Positions 22,483 through 30,627 of a DNA stretch of 64,000 nt are shown one piece after another. Numbering within the stretch: the first letter of the stretch is position 1; every line of letters starts with the position of its first letter. Origin of the DNA: Myxococcota bacterium (lineage in GTDB: Bacteria; Myxococcota_A; UBA796; CAJQPC01). Both the position numbers and the translations under genes were made by a program. The stretch lies in NCBI GenBank assembly GCA_036012755.1, contig DASCPX010000037.1, positions 19,577-83,576 of the forward strand, in the 5' to 3' direction. The notes under the pieces were generated by a model. That model had not been told where the DNA came from. It did not search any database and saw nothing but the letters and a program-made list of their open reading frames with translations.

Positions 22483-22990
22483 AGCGGTCGTAGTCGGCTC
22501 GGGTGTTCATGTTGGCGAGCACGGCCCCCGTCGTGGCCTCGACGAAGGTGGCCTCCGACAGCAGCGCCGCCAGACCTCCGCGAGGGCAGGACCCGACGAG
22601 GTCCTCTGCCGAGACCAGCACTGGATGACCGGGATCTCCCTGCCACGCGAGCACCGCCGGAGGAGTCCGGGCTGCGAGACGGGCGATGTCCTCTGCCGCG
22701 ATGACCGGCGTGTCGACCGGAGTCACGAGGACCGGGCCCCGCCGGCCTTTCGCTCCTCGGACGAGTGACTCCCATGCTCCGGTGGTCGCCCAGTCGGGGT
22801 TGTTCACGAGGGTGATGCTCGGAGGCACTGTGGAGATCAGTGGGTGTGCTCCGTCGACGACCACGACCTCGCCGAAGGGCAAGAGGCGCTCGCACCAGGC
22901 TCGGACCAGGGGGCGGCCGGCCCAGTCCAGGAGCGCCTTCGGGCGACCCATGCGCGTCGATCCGCCGGCGGCGAGGATGATGGAGAACAC
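22472..22990 (-). CDS. MobA/MocA-like NTP transferase
   Basis: IILAAGGSTRMGRPKALL, PVDTP, GHPVL, NMNT motifs. Confidence 0.85.
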   Translation of the reverse strand: MFSIILAAGGSTRMGRPKALLDWAGRPLVRAWCERLLPFGEVVVVDGAHPLISTVPPSITLVNNPDWATTGAWESLVRGAKGRRGPVLVTPVDTPVIAAEDIARLAARTPPAVLAWQGDPGHPVLVSAEDLVGSCPRGGLAALLSEATFVEATTGAVLANMNTRADYDRFSP

Positions 22991-22996
22991 GCACCG

Positions 22997-23006
22997 AGTC
23001 TACGGT
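22997..23006. promoter_or_regulatory. Symmetric bidirectional -10 element (AGTCTACGGT)
   Basis: - TAGACT 6 nt before GTG 22990; + TACGGT 12 nt before ATG 23019; the boxes share the central TA. Confidence 0.55.
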
Positions 23007-23018
23007 TAGGGGGGGGCC

Positions 23019-23819
23019 ATGCTCTTCGCTCCACTGTTGGCCGCGGTCTCGCCTGCCTGCGCACCCAAGCAGCTGGGCCGGGCCTCCGGGCCCGAACGAC
23101 ACTACGAGATCGAGGTCTTCGCCGAGTTCGACACCACGGGCGAGGGCATCGATCTGAGTGGCTACGAGCACCAGCAGGTGCATCTCAGGGGGCACCTCCT
23201 GCTGGTCACCACCCGGGCCTTTCGAGACGGCTCCGAGGGAGACATGCTCCGCTTCGAGAGCCTCGAACATGCGCCCAGCGCCGAAGGACCGTGGGTGCGC
23301 TCGGAGCTCTCCGGCATGTCTGTAGAGCTCAGGGTCTTCGACACGGGCGAGATCCTCGCGGTCCGGGACGCGGAGCACCTCGCGGGGGCCCCCCGCCACG
23401 GCGAGGTCTTCGACGTCCTCCTCCCCGCGCTGTCCCCGGTCGTCCCGGCGGTGAGACCCGGGGACGAGTCCTGGAGGAGGACCTCCTGGCCCTTCGAGGT
23501 GGGCTACCAGCGCGGCTGGCGGAACAACCTCACGGCGCTCTGGAAGAACGAGGGCATCGAGGACGTCGAGCTCGGACGGAGCGCCCACCTGAGCTACGCC
23601 GGCCAGCTCGAGGGCGAGGGCTCCGACGCTCGCATGGAGGCCGAGGTGACCATCGGCGGCGAGGTCGCCGGAGAGGTCTGGATGAGGACCTCGGATGCCC
23701 GATTGGTGAGGCACGAGCTCGACTGGACGCGCACCGTCCACGCTAGCTACTCCAGCGGTGTCGAGCTGGAGCAGGCCCAGCACTTCGTCGTCTCCGCCAG
23801 GCTCGTGGAGGTCCCATGA
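23019..23819 (+). CDS. Hypothetical exported protein/lipoprotein
   Basis: MLFAPLLAAVSPA-C; beta-rich; ATGA-coupled to next gene. Confidence 0.6.
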   Translation: MLFAPLLAAVSPACAPKQLGRASGPERHYEIEVFAEFDTTGEGIDLSGYEHQQVHLRGHLLLVTTRAFRDGSEGDMLRFESLEHAPSAEGPWVRSELSGMSVELRVFDTGEILAVRDAEHLAGAPRHGEVFDVLLPALSPVVPAVRPGDESWRRTSWPFEVGYQRGWRNNLTALWKNEGIEDVELGRSAHLSYAGQLEGEGSDARMEAEVTIGGEVAGEVWMRTSDARLVRHELDWTRTVHASYSSGVELEQAQHFVVSARLVEVP

Positions 23820-24289
23820 TGTGGCTGAGCGTCGCCTTCGCGGCTCCACCTGCCGACGACGACGCCCCGACCGGCCGGTACCTGAGTCCGGTCGAGATCC
23901 ATGGTCTGGTGATCGAGCAGCTCGAGGTCCTTGGCAGCTGCTACGAGCACTCGGCCGAGGCCCGCGCCCGGACGGAGCTCGGCGATGTCTACCTCACATG
24001 GGTCATTCGTCCTGACGGCAGCGTGACCGACGCGCGCATCCACGAGTCCAGCAGCGGGCTCCCGGAGCTCGACGCCTGCCTCCTCGAGGCGGCCGGACGG
24101 CTCCACTTTCGCGCTCACGACGAGCCGGGGATCGACGTCGGCTACCCGATGGTCTGGCTGGACGCGACGCTCCAGCCTTTTCCGATGGTCTACGTGAAGG
24201 AGCGTCCCCTGGATCTGCTCTTCTTCTACCTGCCCGAGGAGCCGGTGTACGTAGACATCCTGAAGCCCAGGCCGGACCCGGAACGGTGA
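23816..24289 (+). CDS. AgmX/PglI C-terminal (TonB-C-like) domain protein
   Basis: MMWLSVAFA signal; SCYE..GDVYLTWVIRPDGSV..LDACL..LHF..VGYP pattern. Confidence 0.7.
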   Translation: MMWLSVAFAAPPADDDAPTGRYLSPVEIHGLVIEQLEVLGSCYEHSAEARARTELGDVYLTWVIRPDGSVTDARIHESSSGLPELDACLLEAAGRLHFRAHDEPGIDVGYPMVWLDATLQPFPMVYVKERPLDLLFFYLPEEPVYVDILKPRPDPER

Positions 24290-24317
24290 TAGGGTCACAG
24301 GCTCCCGGAGACCGATC

Positions 24318-27300
24318 GTGGACGTCCTCGACTGGCTGAACAACGTCCTCTCCGAGGCCCGCTGGCTGCGGACCCCGGAGGAGGCGCTGGCGCTGCTCCC
24401 GGACATCGGCGTCGACGCCCCCGCCCAGGTCTCCCTGCTCGAGGGACGGGACCAGTACCGCGGCTTCCCGGTCGCGTTCGCGGATCGCATCCGCGAGCCG
24501 TTGGCCAGCTTCCTCGTCAAGCGCATCTCGGAGCAGGTCGAGGACCGGGGCGGGGAGCAGCTCAATGACCTCTGTCCGGAGAGACTCGGCCGTGACAGCC
24601 TGGTGCTCGCGCTCGCCGAGCTGCTTGTCGAGGCCGGGGAGCTCGGCCAGCGCTCGACCTCCCTGGTCATGCTCGAGCTGGCCCGTCAGTGCGGTGCCCT
24701 GTGCACGGGGGACCTCTCCGGCATCGAGAGGCGCATGCCCGCCGTGCAGGCGCAGCTCGCCCGGTGCTTGCCGCGGTTGTCCCGCATGGAGCCGGATCGC
24801 CGGGGAGCTGCCCTCGCTTGCGTGGCGTGGTCCCTGTCGGCGCGGCTGTCCTTCGCCTGGGCCATGGCCGGCAAGCTCAACCCCGTCGTGCGCCCCACTC
24901 GCCTCCACCAGGCCCTGGTCGCCAACAAGGTGGCGCTCGTCATCGCTCACGGGCGACTGGAGCTGCCTCGCGACGCATCGTTGTTGGCAGCCGTCGCCGG
25001 CATCAAGACGGGACGTGAGCAGCTCGAGGCCGTGCACACCGGCGTCGCGGCGGCCTGTCGGCACGCCTTCTCGACGGACACCGCCTCCGCAAAGGCCCTG
25101 CGGGACCTGGCCGGCACCCGCAGCGATCCTGCGAGCCTGGCGCTGGACCCCGCCATCGCCAGCTGGGTCCTGAACGACCTCGAGGAGATCGCGCCTGGCC
25201 GGGTGTTGACCGGGGCCGGAGTCAGCCGCAGCCAGCTTCGCATCCTCACGGACCGAAGGGCCATTCCGGCGCTCGCCGCAGGCTATGCGCGAATGTGTCG
25301 GGTCGCTCGGGCCTGGGATCTGCTGTCATGCGCCGCCAACCGCTGCGTGCCCATCGAAGTGGGCGAGAAGAAGGTCCGATGCGCGATGGGTGACCTCCAC
25401 GGCAGGCCATATCGCCTGCTGGCGCCGAGGGGGGAGCGGTTCCAGGCCGAGACCTACGTAGTCGGCGTCAACAGGGACCTGCTCTTCGAGGCGGCGGCGA
25501 ACAAGGCCGCCGACCGCGGTGTGGCCGTCTACGCGGCGCTGTCCGCGATCTGGCGCTCGCTCGAAGAGGCTGCGCTCCATGGTGATGGGGCCATTTCGCC
25601 AGCGGACGGTCCTTGGTACGCGGCCTTCCCCACGGGAAAGGCCGCCGAGGAATTCGAGAGGCAGGTCGAACGCCGCTTCCGTTCTCCCTTGCAGCTGGAC
25701 CTGGCGCCCCTCGGGCCGGTGGTCTCTCTCGACTCGACGGTCGGCATCCGGATCGAGGGCGGTGTCTGCGTCGGCGGGTGGGACGGCGAGACCCTGCGGC
25801 TCCGGGGTGCGGCGGTCGACAAGGCCCTCGGCGCCGAGACCGGAGGCAGGGCCGACCTCGGCGCGCTCGGCGACGCCCTCTCTCGCCAGGCTGCCGCTGC
25901 GGCTTCCCCACCGCCTCCCCCGGAGGAGCCACGCCCGGCGATCTCCACCTTGGACCCGCCGACCCAGGACCCCTTCACCAGCCTGGTTCCTCCGGTCGAG
26001 GAGAGCCGCCCCTCCGACATCGGCTTTTCCTCCGGCTCGGCCCCTGTGTCTCGCCCCCTCGCGGAGGAGACCTCGATCGACATGTTCTCTACCTCGATCG
26101 ACTCCCTGGACTCGGACCTGTCCTTTGGCGGGGACGACCCCTTCAGCTCCTCGGCCCCCGGCGAGCCCCAGCCGTCCTACTCCGGGGCAGACGACCCCTT
26201 CGCTACGATGCAGCCGGATCTGGGCCAGTTCTCCTCGAAGACCTCTCTACCGCCGAGCCCGGAGGCGGACGAAGACGCCTTCGCCGGGATCGAGCGCGAG
26301 GAGGTCCGGGGAGCCCTCGGCGGGCCCTCCGATGACCCGCTGATCTCCAACCCGCCCATCGGCGAGGACAGCCTCGGCCTCGCGGAGGAAGCGACGAGGG
26401 ACGGCCCCTTCTCCGAGACCGTCGACTCGATCGACGAGAGCTCCCGGGACATGGACATGGAGATCGTCGACGACGATGACTCCGAGGTCGTCGCCGATCC
26501 CGACTCCGCGGGGATCTTCTTCCTGCCGCCGCCGACGAAGGAGCAGCTCGAGAATCTCGGCGCTCGCCTCGACACGCCCCCCAAGCTTGCGGACTTGCGC
26601 GGTCTGGAGCCATTGCCGGAGCCTCCGGCAGACGAAGGCGCTCGCACGCTGGTGCCCGAGCGCAGCCTCGACAGCCTGGACGCGAGCCTGGACAGACCAG
26701 CGACGCTGGTGCCCGAGGTGAGCGTCGACGCGGCCGCCGGCACGCTCGTGCCGGATGACCTCGCCCCCTATGACTTCGAAGACGAGGAGCGGGAAGAGGC
26801 CCGCGTGAGCCTCAATCCGACCATCGCCGAGGCGGACAACCTCCTCAACATCGAGTCGGCCGATTCGGAGTTCGGCTTCACGCGCAAGGGAGCCGGGGAC
26901 CTGGACGAGGCCCTCGAGCAGCTGGTCGACAGCCAGGAGGTCGTCCTGGACCAGCCCTCCGAGGACAGGGACCTGGGGCTGACCGAGACCGGCTTCATGG
27001 TCTCTGGTCCAGCCGCGGTCGACCCACACCAGGGAGAGGACCCCTTTGGCTTCGCGGAGGCGGACGATTCTGCGGCCGATGCGGACCCCTTCGCCGTGGC
27101 CGACGCGCGTGACTCGCTGCCGGTCGACATCGGCGGCGTCGGGGTGAGCTCGGACGACGTCCGGCACCTCTTCGAGGGCTACGTGTGGCTCGAGCACGAG
27201 GGCACGCTGGTCTTCGGTCGCCGCTACGGCGACGATCGTCTCGTCGATGTCCACCGCTACGAACTGGGGGGGGCGCTCGCCGACGCGTACCGCAGCTTCG

Positions 27301-27428
27301 TGCACGACAAGGCAGAAGAGCGCTTCATCCCACAGACCGCCTCGCTGTTGGTGCTCACAGACGGTACGCCCCTGAACGATGTCGACATCGGGCACCTGAA
27401 GGAAGCTCTGGCCGCCGGAGGTTCCTAG
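24318..27428 (+). CDS. Large hypothetical protein: helical N-terminus, degenerate cyclase-like domain, long acidic disordered linker, small C-terminal domain
   Basis: 1036-aa ORF with GGAG SD; D/E/P-rich region with repeated DPF motifs. Confidence 0.65.
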   Translation: MDVLDWLNNVLSEARWLRTPEEALALLPDIGVDAPAQVSLLEGRDQYRGFPVAFADRIREPLASFLVKRISEQVEDRGGEQLNDLCPERLGRDSLVLALAELLVEAGELGQRSTSLVMLELARQCGALCTGDLSGIERRMPAVQAQLARCLPRLSRMEPDRRGAALACVAWSLSARLSFAWAMAGKLNPVVRPTRLHQALVANKVALVIAHGRLELPRDASLLAAVAGIKTGREQLEAVHTGVAAACRHAFSTDTASAKALRDLAGTRSDPASLALDPAIASWVLNDLEEIAPGRVLTGAGVSRSQLRILTDRRAIPALAAGYARMCRVARAWDLLSCAANRCVPIEVGEKKVRCAMGDLHGRPYRLLAPRGERFQAETYVVGVNRDLLFEAAANKAADRGVAVYAALSAIWRSLEEAALHGDGAISPADGPWYAAFPTGKAAEEFERQVERRFRSPLQLDLAPLGPVVSLDSTVGIRIEGGVCVGGWDGETLRLRGAAVDKALGAETGGRADLGALGDALSRQAAAAASPPPPPEEPRPAISTLDPPTQDPFTSLVPPVEESRPSDIGFSSGSAPVSRPLAEETSIDMFSTSIDSLDSDLSFGGDDPFSSSAPGEPQPSYSGADDPFATMQPDLGQFSSKTSLPPSPEADEDAFAGIEREEVRGALGGPSDDPLISNPPIGEDSLGLAEEATRDGPFSETVDSIDESSRDMDMEIVDDDDSEVVADPDSAGIFFLPPPTKEQLENLGARLDTPPKLADLRGLEPLPEPPADEGARTLVPERSLDSLDASLDRPATLVPEVSVDAAAGTLVPDDLAPYDFEDEEREEARVSLNPTIAEADNLLNIESADSEFGFTRKGAGDLDEALEQLVDSQEVVLDQPSEDRDLGLTETGFMVSGPAAVDPHQGEDPFGFAEADDSAADADPFAVADARDSLPVDIGGVGVSSDDVRHLFEGYVWLEHEGTLVFGRRYGDDRLVDVHRYELGGALADAYRSFVHDKAEERFIPQTASLLVLTDGTPLNDVDIGHLKEALAAGGS

Positions 27429-27472
27429 GGCTAAGGGGCGGGTCTCGCGGCGGATGCCGAAAGGAGGCCACT

Positions 27473-27991
27473 ATGAGGCTCTATCGCACCAAGATCCCGG
27501 CGATTGCCAACTCGGTCATCGAGTCGCTCGACGCCAATGGCAGCATCGAGGTCTTGTCCGAGAACAAGGGCGAGGCGGAGAAGGACCTGATCTCCATCAT
27601 GGAGGAGTACCTTCGTCGCGACTACCAGCTGCGGGACAACGTGAAGGAGTCGATGGCCGCGGGCGGGATCTCCTACGACCAGTACGGCAAGTTCCGGTCG
27701 CGGCTCGCGGAAGAGTGGAACCACCCGACCGGAGAAGCGGTCGCAAAGTACCTGGCCCGCCAGTTCATCGAGAACTTCATGATCAGCAACTTCGTCGAAG
27801 AGGTCTACGCAGAGGACGGCATCCTCTGGCGCCGCACCCTCGATCTGATCCGCGCCCACGATGTCGACGAGAACGCGCTGCGCGAAGAGGCCAAGGCCGC
27901 AATCAAGAACATCTCCGAGGGCACGGTCGACTACGAGATCGCGCTCCAGCGCTCCATCCGTGACGTGAAGAAGCGGAGGGGGCTCATCTGA
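27473..27991 (+). CDS. DUF507 family protein
   Basis: MRLYRTKIPAIA..IEV..VEEVYAED..KKRRGLI; AAGGAGG SD; true start 27473. Confidence 0.75.
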   Translation: MRLYRTKIPAIANSVIESLDANGSIEVLSENKGEAEKDLISIMEEYLRRDYQLRDNVKESMAAGGISYDQYGKFRSRLAEEWNHPTGEAVAKYLARQFIENFMISNFVEEVYAEDGILWRRTLDLIRAHDVDENALREEAKAAIKNISEGTVDYEIALQRSIRDVKKRRGLI

Positions 27992-27996
27992 GCTGG

Positions 27997-28641
27997 TTGT
28001 TGTTGCTGGCGTGTCCGGGCGAGCCGGACGCGGAGTCCGTTACTCAGCCGCCCACGAGACAAGAGGCCCTCGCGGCGCTCGAAGTCCAGCCCGCCCCTGC
28101 GCCGATCGAGGCCCCGGAGGCTCCTGAGGAGCTGGTTCCGGTCGAGATCACCTGGGACGGCATCGGCCCGCTGCACAAGGGCTACTTTCAGGACCGCGAG
28201 GCGATGACGCAGCTGTCGGGGGACCTCGCGCCCTGGCTCTCCGAGACCGTGCAGCTCCACATCCGGTACGACTCGGAGGAGTTCATCGGCGACATCGTCA
28301 TCCGCATCCCGCCGGGAGAGCTCAGGACCCTGCCCGCCGTGGAGGGGGGGCGCGTCGAGCTGGCGACGCTGGCGCCGCTGACCACGGCGCTGGGCACCTA
28401 TCGGGACGCTCTCGCCGCGCGCTTCGACCTGCGCATCGCCAGCTTCCGCATCGGGCTCGAGACCTACCGGGGGCCGACGCACTGTCGCTTCGGCGCAGCG
28501 GGAACCCACCCTCCAGACGGTACGGTCGTCTCCCCCTGTGTGCTGATCAACGGGATCGAGCACTGCGGTCTCCCCGAAGCTGGCGGCGTGCGGTTCGATA
28601 CGACGCCCGCCGACCAGCTCGAGGTGTGCCTGGGGGAGTGA
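27997..28641 (+). CDS. Hypothetical lipoprotein
   Basis: LLLLA-C N-terminus (TTG start; exact start uncertain), Pro-rich linker, Cys-containing C-terminus. Confidence 0.6.
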   Translation: MLLLACPGEPDAESVTQPPTRQEALAALEVQPAPAPIEAPEAPEELVPVEITWDGIGPLHKGYFQDREAMTQLSGDLAPWLSETVQLHIRYDSEEFIGDIVIRIPPGELRTLPAVEGGRVELATLAPLTTALGTYRDALAARFDLRIASFRIGLETYRGPTHCRFGAAGTHPPDGTVVSPCVLINGIEHCGLPEAGGVRFDTTPADQLEVCLGE

Positions 28642-28655
28642 CCCCCCCCGGGGGG

Positions 28656-29381
28656 CTAGTCAGGCTCGATGATGGACTGGAGCTTGCTGTAGAGGCGAGC
28701 TTTCATCCGGGTGTGGAGCTGACTCACGCGGCTCTCGGTCACTCCCAGGATCTGGCCGATCTCCCTGAAGGTCAGGTCCTGGAAGTAGTAGAGCTCGACC
28801 AGGTAGCGCTCGCGCTCCGGGAGACCAGTCACGGCCTCTCGGACCATCGACGCCACGTGGCTCCTGGTGGCTTCGTCCGCCGGGCAGGCGGCGTCGCCAA
28901 CGAGGCTGTCGCCGATCGTGTCTTCGCTGTGCGGGTTTTCCTCCTCCATCGAGACCAGAGCCCGGAGGGTGGAGTCCTTGATCATGTCGCGCAGGCGCTC
29001 GACGGTGATCTCCATCCCGGCAGCCCACTCAACGTGGGTGGGCTCCCTGCCCAGCTTGAGACGCAGCGCTTCGCGAGCGACCTTGAGGGCGTGGTGGCGG
29101 GTCCGGACCGAGCGTGGCACCCAGTCCTCCTTGCGGAGTTCGTCCAGGATGGCTCCTTGGACGCGTATGCGGGCGTAGGCGGAGAATGAAATCCTCCGGT
29201 CCTCTTCGAAGCGATCGACCGCGTCGATCAGCCCGATGGTGCCGATGGTGACGAGGTCATCAGCCTCGACGCAGCTTGGAAAGCGGCTCACCATGCGGTA
29301 CGCCACTTGGCGGACCATCGGGTAATGCGCGAGGATCAGTTCCTCGCGGCGGTCGTCTGTTCTCCTGGCAAAAGCTGTCAT
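28656..29381 (-). CDS. fliA: FliA/WhiG family (sigma28) RNA polymerase sigma factor
   Basis: GLIDAVDRF..FSAYARIRVQGAILDELRKEDWVPRSVR; region 4 LTFREIGQILGVTESRVSQLH; GAGGAGG SD. Confidence 0.9.
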   Translation of the reverse strand: MTAFARRTDDRREELILAHYPMVRQVAYRMVSRFPSCVEADDLVTIGTIGLIDAVDRFEEDRRISFSAYARIRVQGAILDELRKEDWVPRSVRTRHHALKVAREALRLKLGREPTHVEWAAGMEITVERLRDMIKDSTLRALVSMEEENPHSEDTIGDSLVGDAACPADEATRSHVASMVREAVTGLPERERYLVELYYFQDLTFREIGQILGVTESRVSQLHTRMKARLYSKLQSIIEPD

Positions 29382-29419
29382 TTGTTCCTCCTCGTCGACT
29401 CATCGTCGTCGGAAAGGAA

Positions 29420-29436
29420 CGCAAGGCCCGTGCCAG
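29420..29436 (-). promoter_or_regulatory. sigma54 (-24/-12) promoter of the fliA/whiG gene
   Basis: Minus strand CTGGCACGGGCCTTGCG matches YTGGCACG-N4-TTGCW except at the last base; 38 nt before the ATG. Confidence 0.8.
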
Positions 29437-29499
29437 GGGGGTTATGTCAGCAAGTTCAAGTAGTTAGCCGGAATTTGAGCTCCGAAGGTGAGTCAAAAC

Positions 29500-30627
29500 T
29501 CATCCCCCGATCGGTTGGGGGGTGTCGGCGTATCCGGTTTGCGCCACGACCTTCTCCATGCCCATGGGCGTCTCGCCGTTTCCGGCCATTCGGAGGCGCT
29601 CGTGGAGCTGCGTGATGGCGACGTTCCGGTTCATCTCCTTGCCCTCGAGGCCCCAGAGGACGAAGGAGGCGTAGAGCAGCTCCGGCTGGTAGGGGTACCA
29701 CTGGAACTTGCTCCCGTAGAAGGACGTGAAGCGCCAGCGCTCGGACTGATCCCGGTCCCAGACCTCGATGACCGGCGGGCTGACTTCGGTCATGACCCAC
29801 TCGGGTTGCTTGGCCAGCCACTCCTCCATGCGACGCAGCTCGCGCTCCCTGGCGTCCTCTGAGAGCTCGTTCCAGCTGCGCTGATCGAAGGGCGAGATGG
29901 GCTCGCCCAGCTTCTCCAGCGCCACGTAGCGCCCAGCCGGGTGGATCGAGCCGCGCGTAGCGTCAGGGAAGGTCTCGAGCAGGCCCCCATCGGCCGTGAA
30001 GGTCCGCACCGTGTCGCCCTCGCCGACGGCGAGCTGCTGCATCGCGGGCTCGTAGGTGAAGGTGTCCGCCGAGGTCACGAACGGGAAGATCGGAGCGACG
30101 GTCATCTCGGTGAAGTTCGCGACGAAGATCCGGCGCGCGCCCTCGGACTCCGCTGTGAAGTAGACGCTGTCGGCCGATCCCGTCGGCATCAGGTCCCGAG
30201 GGTCCTCCACATCCAGCTCGAGCTCGATGACGGACGCCTGCATGCGGTCGAAGCGGAGCATGCGCTGCTTCGTCCCACCCTTCGGCGGTGCGATGGGGAA
30301 GACGAGGTATTCCCTGGCCATCCAGGCGGCGTCGCCCACCGGGACCTCTGTGGGCACCGTGCCGATGGTCTTGTCGACGCCGTTGAGGATGTGGGCGCTC
30401 ATCGGTAGCTGGAAGTAGAGCTGCACGCCGTCGGGGGCCCAGCGGTAGTGGACGAAGTTGTTCGATCCGCAGGGCTCGAAGGCGGTCTGGATGTTGTGCT
30501 TGCCGGCCAGGAAACGCAGCTCGGTGTCGCGGCAGTCTTCGTAGGCGTTGTAGACGTTTTCGCTGAACGTGCTGGTCTGGTAGAGGTCGTCGCGGTCACA
30601 GCCAGCGAGCGTCAAGAGCAGGAACAT
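29500..30627 (-). CDS. Lipoprotein, probable TolB-like beta-propeller
   Basis: MFLLLTLAG-C; WAPDGVQLYF and IHPAGRYVAL blade motifs. Confidence 0.6.
   Translation of the reverse strand: MFLLLTLAGCDRDDLYQTSTFSENVYNAYEDCRDTELRFLAGKHNIQTAFEPCGSNNFVHYRWAPDGVQLYFQLPMSAHILNGVDKTIGTVPTEVPVGDAAWMAREYLVFPIAPPKGGTKQRMLRFDRMQASVIELELDVEDPRDLMPTGSADSVYFTAESEGARRIFVANFTEMTVAPIFPFVTSADTFTYEPAMQQLAVGEGDTVRTFTADGGLLETFPDATRGSIHPAGRYVALEKLGEPISPFDQRSWNELSEDARERELRRMEEWLAKQPEWVMTEVSPPVIEVWDRDQSERWRFTSFYGSKFQWYPYQPELLYASFVLWGLEGKEMNRNVAITQLHERLRMAGNGETPMGMEKVVAQTGYADTPQPIGG

Noticed and set aside
23009..23016. G8 tract as a phase-variation switch (also G8 at 117-124)
   Set aside because: Short homopolymers are expected at this GC content; one is SD-like and the other encodes poly-Pro in frame
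27432..27463. sigma28-like promoter TAAG...GCCGAAAG upstream of DUF507
   Set aside because: Spacer is 20 nt rather than about 15, and the -10 part overlaps the SD
28642..28655. C8-G6 hairpin between convergent genes as a terminator
   Set aside because: Low-complexity stem with a minimal loop and no U-tract on either strand
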